NCBI GenBank assembly: GCA_951406725.2 | Contig: OX597818.1 | Span: forward strand, 9,114,001 to 9,178,000 | DNA length: 64,000 nucleotides | Source of the DNA: Octopus vulgaris | Lineage: Eukaryota | Direction of reading: 5' to 3' | Shown: piece by piece, positions 54,099 through 64,000 of the stretch | Layout: every line of letters begins with the position of its first letter | How positions within the stretch are numbered: position 1 is the stretch's first letter | The notes under the pieces: model-generated | Told to the model about the DNA's origin: nothing | The model's database searches: none | The model's input: only the letters and a program-made list of their open reading frames with translations | Made by a program: the position numbers and the translations under genes

Positions 54099-57000
54099 AT
54101 GCGTGAAACATTACGATCCATCAACACCAGATCATCCCCGACCCCAAACACCATGTACAAAGGAACTACGAAGAAATTAAATAACACCGATATTATTCAA
54201 CCCAAGAATAACAATCGGGAGGTACGTACTTTAAACTTACAACACAAAATGTACGAAAAACTACACGTGCAAAAGAATGTGACAACAGAAATGAACGGAC
54301 CGGTACCCTACGAAAATGACGACCGTCAAAATAATGGGCCGGACGTTGTTCCTCATGTCCCGCAAATAAAACCCAAAAGACATGAATGGACACGTGAGGA
54401 ATACCTTTCTATCCTACACGCATACTTCACAGCAGTGCTCTACCCAAAAAATGAAAACACAACACATGCATATAAAATATGGAAGGAAAATAACATAAAT
54501 ATAGACTTGGATATAGCAATGAACCCTAATAAATTAGCTAACGTACGAAGATACATTCTCAACGCAAAAAATATCAGAAATAGAAATAGAAGATCTAAAA
54601 GAAAAAATACACCAGGAAAATGTAGATAGAAGCCACACAACAATGCCCAATAATATAAACACTGAAACAGTAAAACACGAAGACAAACGTAACATTCCCA
54701 ACAAACACGATGTAAACAAAAAACAACAAACCCAGACCGTAAGGATGCATAATAATACACGACAAACAGCAAGCCAAAACACGGCAAACAAACATATAAA
54801 TAAGAAAGAAAGCGACACAAAGCTTAAACCTGGAAACAACGAAAGGGAGCCTAATGATTATGATAATATAAAAAGTAAAATAATCAAAGAACTGAAAACC
54901 ACAGAGCTCAAAATGGACCACCGACCATACCTCCCAAAAATCAAAATAGACGAAACAACAACACCAATTATAAACAGCATAAACCTAGCCGTCACGGAAC
55001 TAATAGACACTGAAACAAAAAGCGATATCACTGAGCTAAATGACTTAGTATACGCAGCAGCCACTGCAGCCACAAAAGAAGCTGGATACTCACTCAAACC
55101 CATCCAAACAGGAGTACAACCACCCAAACAAACCCTGTAGATAAATAACATCCAAAACAAAATTTTAAAAATGAGAAAAGATCTGTCGATTCTTAATGAA
55201 ATCAGTAGACAATCAACACTACTGAGTAACAAAAAGAAAACAAAAATACTCCGCAAATATACCATCACAGAAAAAGATTTACCTGAGATAAAAGAAAAGC
55301 TGAAGCAAGATATCCTTGCCAAAGCACAAAGGATCCGCCGGTACGAGAAACGCCAACGCTTCTTTGAACAAAACAAAATGTTCAACTCCAACCCCAAAAA
55401 GTTCTACCAAGAACTGGGCAAAAATAAAATAGAAGTCACTGCAGCACCAACGGCAGAAGAATTGGAAGAATTCTGGAGAGAAATATGGTCGGCGAACGAA
55501 CAACGAAAAAAAGGAGTATCAAAATAACAAACTCGGCATCTAAACAACTTTGGACTCCCATAACAACTGAAGAGGTCACCCAGGCACTGCAAAGTCTAAC
55601 CAACTGGAAGGAACCTGGGCATGACAAGATCCCCAACTTCTGGTTGAAATATCTAACAGGAATGCACAAAAAGCTGGCTGAAAACTTTAACAACATACTA
55701 GCAGAGCCAGAGATAATGCCTGAATGGCTCACGAAGGGGAAAAACCATCTTAATTCCCAAATCAAATGAGACAGCAAAACCAGAAAGCTACAGACCAATA
55801 ACCTGTCTCCCTACAATGTACAAGGCATTTACTGCAGTGATATCCCAAAGGTTGAACAAGCACCTGGAGGAAAACAACCTGTTTCCAGAAGAGCAGAAAG
55901 GATGCCGCAAAGGCTCATATGGCTGTAAAGATCAACTAATATCTAATAAAGCCATAACTAAAGACAGCCACAGAAAGAAGAAAGGCCTCAGTATGGCCTG
56001 GATCGACTAAAAAAAGGCGTTTGATAGCATCCCCCACACATGGATCCTCGAAATACTAGCCATTAACAAAGTAGCACCAACAATTATAAAATTCATAGAG
56101 CACTCTATGAATAAATGGCAAACAGTGCTACAGCTCCAAACAAAAGAGGGACTCATGAAAACCAAAGCCATCCCCATAAGAAAAGGAATATTCCAGGGAG
56201 ACACGCTCTATCCACTCCTTTTCTGTTTGGCACTGTCACCTCTATCTGATATGCTAAATAGAACTGGATGCGGATATAAATGTTACGGCAAAACGATGAG
56301 CCATCTTTTATATATGGATGACCTAAAACTATACGCTGCAAATGACAAACAGCTGGAAACACTATTAAAGACAGTTCATGGATTTACCAAAGAAATAGAT
56401 ATGAAATTTGGATTAGAAAAATGCGCCAAAGTAACCATGAAAAGAAGAAAACTAGTTAAGAGTAGCAACATCACACTAGATAAAACCAATGAAATAAAAG
56501 AATTAGACCAAAGCCAAACTTACAAATACTTAGGAATCCATGAACTAGATAAGACACAACACACACAAATGAAAGAGAAAATAAAAAAGAATATTATAGA
56601 CGAGTTAGATCAATACTGAAAACAGAGCTCAATGCTAAAAACAAGATAATAGGTATTAACACATTAGCTGTCCCAATTATAAGTTACAGCTACAATATCC
56701 TTAACTGGACACTAAATGAACTGACCAAAATAGATAGGAAAACAAGAAAAATAATGGCAGGATCTAGGATGCATCACCCAAAATCTGACATAGAAAGACT
56801 ATATATAAAACGTATAGATGGTGGTAGAGGCCTTATACAGCTGGAAAACTACTATAAAATAACCAACATAGGACTGCAAAAATACCTACTTCAGAAGGAA
56901 GGAAAACTGATACAAATAGCGGCAAAACACGAGGAAAACAAAAAACTGTTCTCAGTATTTAAGGAAGCTGACAAATACAAACAAGAAATCATACCACCTA

Positions 57001-57868
57001 ATAAACACAAAGAAGAAGAAGATGATGAAGAAACAACAAAAGCTATAAAACAAATGAAATCCAAACTAAAAATATAACAGCAACGAACCATGATAAAACG
57101 ATGGCAAGAAAAGCCCCTTCATGGTAAATACTGCACTAAACTAAACGCAAAAGAAATAGACAAAGAAAAATCCCAGCAATCGTTGAGAAGCTCAGGACTC
57201 AAAAGCAAAGACAGGGGAATTTTCAATTATAGCACAAGACCAAAGCCTCCACACCAGAAATTACCAAAAACATGTAATGAAAAGAAATATTACAAGTAAC
57301 TGCAGAATATGTGGAGATGGACAAGAAACAATAAATCATATTATCTCTAGCTGCCCAGTCCTGGCTAAGAAGGAATATATTCACAGACATGACAGAGTTG
57401 GAACCTACATATACTGGAAGCTATGCCAACATTATGGATTAACAACAGAAAAAAGATGTTATAGGCACACACCAGAAAATATCACAGAAAATGAGAAAGC
57501 AACCATACTCTGGGATATGCCGATACACACAGATAGAGGAATTAAGGGCAACAGACCAGACATAGTTGTCAGAGATCATGAAGAAAAAAAATGCTTTCTA
57601 ACTGATGTAACAATACCGGCAGATGACAACGTGATTCTAAAAGAAATGGAGAAACTCTCAAAATACAAAGACCTGGAAATTGAGGTAACCAGAATTTGGA
57701 ATCTGAAAACAGAAACAATTCCTATCATAGTAGGTGCATTAGGCATGATAAAAAATATTCAGACAAATACATAACAAAAACACCAGGACTTACAAACACA
57801 AATAACATACAGAAAATTGCACTGTTAGGCACTGCACACATCCTACGCAGAACACTTTCCATACAATA
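54099..57868 (+). pseudogene. Disrupted Dong/R4 polyprotein: Myb-like N-terminus, RT, CCHC knuckle, restriction-like endonuclease
   Basis: KRHEWTREEY..KLANVRR; RIRRY; PGHDKIPNFW; EQKGC; GIFQGD; YMDD; YKYLG; MHHPKSD; CRICG..H..C; RHD; RPDIVV; KYKDLE. Confidence 0.95.
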
Positions 57869-57963
57869 ACCATCAGAGCATCACAACAAATCACAGCACA
57901 TACCCAAGGCATACAGAGCTGCGCTCGGTAGTGAAGTGAAAGCACGCTATAAAAATAAAACTA

Positions 57964-58047
<84 letters not shown>

Positions 58048-58089
58048 TTTAATAATATGCCCTGATGTAGGACCAGGCATTGTATTTCA

Positions 58090-59340
58090 CGCAAAGCAAG
58101 GATCTTTGTGACTGCTATCGACACATGGGCTGTTGCTGTAGTCCGCTAAAACACACCTATCCTGAAATGGAGATGAGCGGTGATTAACCAGCTCGATCGC
58201 ACTACCCGAAAGACAATGACAGTGCATTGTGCGCTCTACCCTAAGATGAAGCAGACAGACTCTACATGAAGTGGTGTAAAGGCGGATGTGGGCTGATTAA
58301 CGTACTGGAGTGCATCAAGAGTGATAGAAGAAACATGGTAGAATATTTTGTTAATAGCAAACAAGACCTGCTACAGTATGCTGCTAATGAAGAAAGATTT
58401 ACCAAAAATGAACTTGTGAGTACTAATGAATTCCAATCACGAATAGCCAACGGGAGAATAAAAAACCCTAACTCCGAATGGAATTACATGGTCAGTTACA
58501 CCATGAAAAAAAAATCAACATAAAGAACAGGGAAGCAGCATGGAGGTGGCTCAGCAAGGATGACCTAAAAAAGGAAATTGAAAGCCTAACTATCGCTACC
58601 CAGAATCAGGCATTGAATACTAACTCAGTGAAACTGGATATATTCCACATACGTGCAACGAACCTCTGCAGAATATGTTGGAAGAGGATTGTAAGCGTAA
58701 CTTACATTGTTAGAGATTGTGAAATTCTTGCACAGAAAGAATACAACTGCAGACTTATGAAAGTAGCCCAAAACCTTCACTAGCTACTATGCTGAAAGTA
58801 TCGATATGAGGTTACGGTGCTTGGTACCAACATACACTGGAAAAGATAATAAAAGAAAAGGGAAACGCAAAATTGATCTGAGTCTTTGACTTCCAGCTAG
58901 GCATGGTGTCAGAGCAATTAAGGCCGGATATAGTAGCTTTTAGGTGGGAAAAGATGAATACCTAATAGTCGCCGTGGCAGTGCTAGAAGATTGACAAATT
59001 ATCATGAAAGAAAGAGAAAATATTGATAAATATGGAGACCTAAGACTTGAGATCGCCAAGTTGTGGCAGCTACGAGAGTCGAACTTATAGTTTGTCTATG
59101 CCCTCCTCGGAGCATTGAGTTCAATACCACTCAAACAGAAGAAATGTCTGAAAACTTTAAAAATACGCTGTCATCTAGGTATATTGCAAATATCGGCATT
59201 ACTTGGAACTGCACGCACATTACATGCATTAGTGTCTGTCTAAGATCCTTCTTGTGACTTGACAGACAGTACAAAAGCCCAGTAGATAAAATATCTTCAA
59301 TTAACAATATCACTATATTGAATACTGTGTGACGTCTTAC
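58090..59340 (+). mobile_element. R4/Dong-type LINE, family F 3' fragment, decayed
   Basis: AIDTWAV, LHGQ, WRWL..LKKEIE.L..ATQNQALNTN, CRIC, RPDIV and KYGDL. Confidence 0.85.
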
Positions 59341-59552
<212 letters not shown>

Positions 59553-60290
59553 GAACACTATACAGGCAACGCAGGAACAAGCTTTGGCCACAAACTGGAG
59601 GGTCAACCTTAGGAATAAGAAAGTCTTTCCGCTGTACCAAATCTGTAATAGGGTGGATGAAACCATCGCCCATATCACGAACGAATCCCTAAGCTTGTCA
59701 AAAACCAGTACAAGTTGCGGCGAACCGACCAGGCAGCGAAAGTGCTACATTGGATACTATGCGAAGAGTGGAGACTAGAGAGAGGCAAGACGTGGTATGA
59801 GCACAAACCGCAGAGAGTGGTGGAGTCAGAGATTAACAAAATCCTCTGGGATTTCCCTATCCAAACAAATCAGATGCAAGAGCATAAGAGGTCTGATCTA
59901 GTGGTGATGGACAAGTTGCACCACATATGCTATATAGTTGATGTTGCATACCCCTTTGACCCACAAATAGTCAAGAAGGAAAACGAAGAGTTAGATACAA
60001 CCCTCTTGAGTACGAAATTGCTGGGAAAATGAAAAAGGTGAAGACAATGTCAATTATTTTTGGGTCCTTGGGAACAGTATAAGAACGTATCAAGAGGAGT
60101 ATAAAGGAAATTGAAATATAATGCCCAGTAGAACTGTTACTAATAGTTGCTTCCTTGGCATGGCTAACATAATCGGGAAAATATTAGATAGCTGAAAAGA
60201 ACAAATAGCATGGCATCGTAGCCTGCAGGTAGTAAGCCTGCTACGCATGCATGACATCATGAGCTTCAACTAAACCTGTGATAAAGAGAA
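59553..60290 (+). mobile_element. R4/Dong-type LINE, family E 3' fragment
   Basis: IQATQEQALATN, AAKVLHWILC..WYEHKP..KILWDFPIQT..RSDLVV..IVDVAYPFD. (TAA)n tail at 60291-60357. Confidence 0.9.
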
Positions 60291-60352
<62 letters not shown>

Positions 60353-61167
60353 TAATAACTTTGATACCCACAATTGCCTCTGTAAACATCCTTTTTTTCT
60401 TCTCTCTAAAAACATCACGCTTTTCTTTTTGTGGACTTTCAAAACCGTAAAACTTTCTATGAAAATCTGACTTTTCTTTGCTTCCTCCCTGAATATTCAA
60501 ATATAAATGTAAACATATACTTTTTATTGCCAAAACACACCTGTTCTTCTAACTGGACATACAAACATCTCTAGAAAAGTCAACTTCAACCTCCACAATA
60601 TTACCTTACACGAAATATACAAACACCTTTTATTGCAATAACACAAACGCACATGGAAAAAAATGATGATGCTAAGATTCTCTCTGGTCGAACACAACTT
60701 CTCTATTCACAAACAATACAGGACACCCCTTCCTTAATTTTTCTTAAGGCTAATAGTAGTAAACATCTGAACTTTTTTTGACCCCACCCAAAAAAAAAAA
60801 AAAAAAAAAGATAGTAATAGTGCTGATATTCTATCTATCTATCTACACACACACACACAAACCTCACCTCGGCTCTATTGTTAACCAAATATGAAAGTAT
60901 TATTTGACAGGCAAGAACTCTGGCATTGAAGACAGTCAGCCAGCCAACCACCAAGCCAGCCAACGAGACAGACAGAACACTACTGTGATGGTGATAATGA
61001 TAAAAAAAACAAAAATAACAATAATAAGATACTGCTGTGACTACACATAAAACAATATCATTGATGATGATGGTGGTGATGGTGATGGTGATGATGATGA
61101 TGATGATGGTAATGGTGGTGATAATGATGATAGTGATGGTAATGGTGAAGATAATAACAATAATAAG

Positions 61168-64000
61168 CCGACTACGGCTGCTATAATGGTACGATTATAA
61201 TTGTAACGGCAATGATGGCCGTCTCCCCACGAGCCAATCAAAGCTAAAAAATGATAACATTATCGTAGCACCAAAATGTTTTTGGAAACTAAAAGGAAAA
61301 CTAAATCAGTATACCAAATCGCTTGTCCTATGGTTATTCTGGAAGCGCGTGCCCCAGGGAAGAGCCAGCCTGGGATCGAAAAGTCATCAACTGGCACAAA
61401 CTCTTCTCCGAATACGGACATGGATGGTCACTTGAACGGGAAATCCCCCAACTCGAGCCCTCCAAGTTCACCACCACAACCACCACAGAAAGAAAAATGT
61501 AAGCGGAACAAATGGACCCGAGAAGAGTATAAAGAAGTAATATACGCTTATTACTATGCATTAGGTAGGCCATCTCAAGAGAGACACACCGCAAACTCTT
61601 ACAGTATATGGAGAACACGGAATCAAGACAGTAGGCCCTATTTGGACGAGAACAAATTAGCAAATGTGAGGAGGGATATCTTTAGAAATAACAGACTCAC
61701 AGACAGTGAAATAAGTGCGATCAAGCACGCAACGGAAAATGACATAAATATAAGACACAAAGGAAATGAAGAATCAGATGAACAGTATAGCCCGCCACGA
61801 GGCTTAATTGAAAGACTGCCATCTGACCAAAGTACGCAAAGGCCTGAAGATACAAGAAATTCTATTGTACCTGTTAAAGATAGCCAGGAAAACGAAAAAA
61901 CAACAGTAACTGAAAATCTCGCATTTGCTGAAGAACACAGAGAGTCTATGGCAGAAATGAGGCAGAAAATCCTGAATACGCTTGAAGTTGTAAGACATAC
62001 AAGTATGAATGATAGAGAACCACTTCATAAACTCTCAAATACAAACCATAATAAAAAACAAATCCAAATTGGCAACTATGTAACAAATGAAATAATACAA
62101 GAATTAAAACCTGATTTTACTGAGTTAAATGAAATTATTTACGCTTCTGCTAGGGCAATTGAAACCAGCTGTATGCCCCCGAAAAAAACAAAGAAAACAA
62201 AACCTGGGAAGAAATCAAACCTGGAGAAGTAAAATTGAAAAAGAGATTGAATTTATGAGAGGGGAAATATCAATATTAAATGAACTAGTATGTGGAAATG
62301 ATGTAAGATCCAGAACAGGAAGAAAGATGAAGAGAAAATTTGGATCCTCACCAAGAGAAGAACTGATATCAATAAAAGAAACGCTGAAACAAAAAGTCCA
62401 AGCAAAAGCCCAAAGAATACGAAGATTTGAGAAGAGAAACAAGTTTTACAAGCAAAATAAGCTGTTCACATCCAATGCCAAAAAATTCTACAGAGAAATA
62501 GGGAAGGAGAAAGTAACCGTTAAAGACCCCCCTCCCATGGAAGAAGTTCAACACTTTTGGGAAAGGATTTGGAGTGACAAGAAGACGTACAACATAAATG
62601 CAGACTGGATTATACAAACTGAAGGATCCTACCAAAATTTACAACAAGAAGCATGGGAAGACATCACAATAGCAGACCTAAGAAAGGCACTCACGAAGGC
62701 CCATAATTGGAAATCCCCGGTAAAGATAGGGTGCCGAATTTCTGGCTCGCATCGCTCCCGTGCGCACACGGCAAGCTAGTTCAGCTGCTCAATGGAATTT
62801 TGAGAGACCCAAAGAAAACACCTGAATGGTTAGCAAGTGGCATTACTTACCTACTCCCAAAGAATAACGAAACCAACCTTCCAAAAAACTATCGGCCTAT
62901 AACCAGTCTATCCACCACGTATAAAATCCTAACATCTATCCTGGCGGAGAAAACATATGCATTCATGGAGAAGAACGATATTTTCCCCATTGAACAAAAA
63001 GGGTGCCGCCGAGGCTCTTACGGATGCAAAGATCAACTGCTAATCAATCGTATGATCCTTGAGAACTGTCACAACAAGCGCAGAAATCTCAGCACCGCAT
63101 GGATTGACTATAAAAAGGCCTTCGACAGTATACCGCATCCATGGATCTTGAGATCGCTGGACATCTTTAAAATTTCCCCTGTGATTTCAAACTTCCTGAA
63201 GCACAATATGTCGTTGTGGAATACGAATCTCCAATTATACCACTCTAATGGAGTACTTGCCTCAGAAAATATAAACATCAACTGTGGAATTTTTCAAGGT
63301 GACTCACTTTCACCTTTAATATTCTGCATAGCCCTAATACCCCTTACAAGTGAATTAAGCAGAACAGGGTATGGGTATAAAATTGCCAATAAAAAAATAA
63401 GCCATCTATTTTATATGGATGACTTAAAACTTTATGGTAAAGACAATAATGAACTTGAAGGCCTATTGCGCACCGTGAAAGCATTCAGCGATGACATCGG
63501 GATGGAGTTTGGACTTGAGAAGTGTGCCAAGGCCACTTTCCAGAAAGGGAAAGTGAAGACCACAAATTCAGTCGTGTTAGATGTTGACACAGTCATAAGA
63601 GAGCTTGAGCAAGAACAGACATACAAATATTTAGGGATAAATGAAGGCTCTGGTATTCAGCATGCAAGCATGAAAGAGAAAATCAGGAAGGAATGTTATA
63701 GGAGAGTTCGTGCAGTCCTGAAATCTGAACTAAATGCACGTAACAAGGTGTTAGCTATAAATTCCTTAGCAGTTCCAGTTACTTATAGCTACAATGTGTT
63801 GAACTGGAATATGAGTGAAGTAAAGAATATAGATAGAAAAATACGCAAGCTGCTGAGTTGTAATAGGATGCACCACCCAAAGGCAGACGTAGATCGCCTT
63901 TACATTCCCAGAGCCCAAGGAGGTCGAGGCCTGATCCAATTTGAACTGGCTTACAAAACAACCACAATTGGACTGGCCAAATATCTCAAAATATCGAATG
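61168..64000 (+). mobile_element. Near-intact R4/Dong-type LINE, family B, 5' part, continuing beyond the window
   Basis: Follows a degenerate (GAT/TAA) tract. Its later part matches the family B-like copy at 41.3-43.0 kb. The 5' boundary is approximate. Confidence 0.95.
61276..64000 (+). CDS. Dong/R4 polyprotein (Myb-like N-terminus plus RT) with two frameshifts and no other stops; incomplete at the window edge
   Basis: Segments 61276-~62200, ~62200-62718 and 62719-64000. The last is open by manual translation and includes NYRPIT, EQKGC, WIDYKKAFDS, GIFQGDSLSP, YMDD (63412-63423), YKYLG and MHHPKAD. Confidence 0.85.

Larger units (their letters stand above)
53800..57968 (+). mobile_element. 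Full-length R4/Dong-type non-LTR retrotransposon, family A (~4.2 kb), inserted in (TAA)n
   Basis: (TAA)n on both sides (53751-53800 and 57968-58056). Single long ORF broken by stops and frameshifts. The 3' UTR is shared with three truncated copies. Confidence 0.95.

Noticed and set aside
60358-60790. Possible decayed L1/Tx1 ORF2 zinc-knuckle end on minus (CP...ES.HH.FFPC)
   Set aside because: Too degenerate to support without a profile search, although its (ATT)n-sense position would fit the opposite-strand pattern.
61205-61250. HDV-like ribozyme at the 5' end of family B (CTCCCCACGAG)
   Set aside because: Only a simple hairpin could be formed, and I could not assign P1/P2/P1.1 or the catalytic C. 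A descriptor search (RNArobo/Infernal) would settle it.

Overview
AT-rich eukaryotic (animal) DNA that is almost entirely intergenic or intronic. The SINE types and the abundance of R4/Dong LINEs resemble an octopod (Octopus-like) genome, but that is an inference. No convincing host protein-coding gene, rRNA, tRNA or CRISPR array is visible, and most long ORFs in the track are translations of microsatellites. The window is dominated by about 18 copies or fragments, from roughly 8 families (labelled A-H here), of R4/Dong-type non-LTR retrotransposons. These carry RT (YMDD), a CCHC knuckle and a PD-(D/E)xK restriction-like endonuclease, and they are stacked head-to-tail inside (TAA)n microsatellites. 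They include one full-length decayed copy (53.8-58.0 kb) and one near-intact copy running off the right end. Also present: L1/Tx1-like fragments, tRNA-derived SINEs, a MULE with a 9-bp TSD, two Chapaev-type remnants, two mariner derivatives, Helentron/HINE-like ends and Penelope-like pseudo-LTRs with decayed hammerhead ribozymes. The most interesting signals are: (i) a bulged stem-loop with covarying sequence in the 3' UTR of most Dong families; (ii) a ~540-bp non-coding repeat that looks like an antisense piece of a Dong ORF carrying a similar 3' stem-loop and (TAA)n tail, i.e. a candidate non-autonomous parasite of Dong; (iii) opposite-strand sharing of the (TAA/ATT)n target by Dong versus Tx1-like elements and SINEs; and (iv) several base-resolved template-switch or repair scars. 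Family labels, most boundaries and all similarity judgements are by eye.
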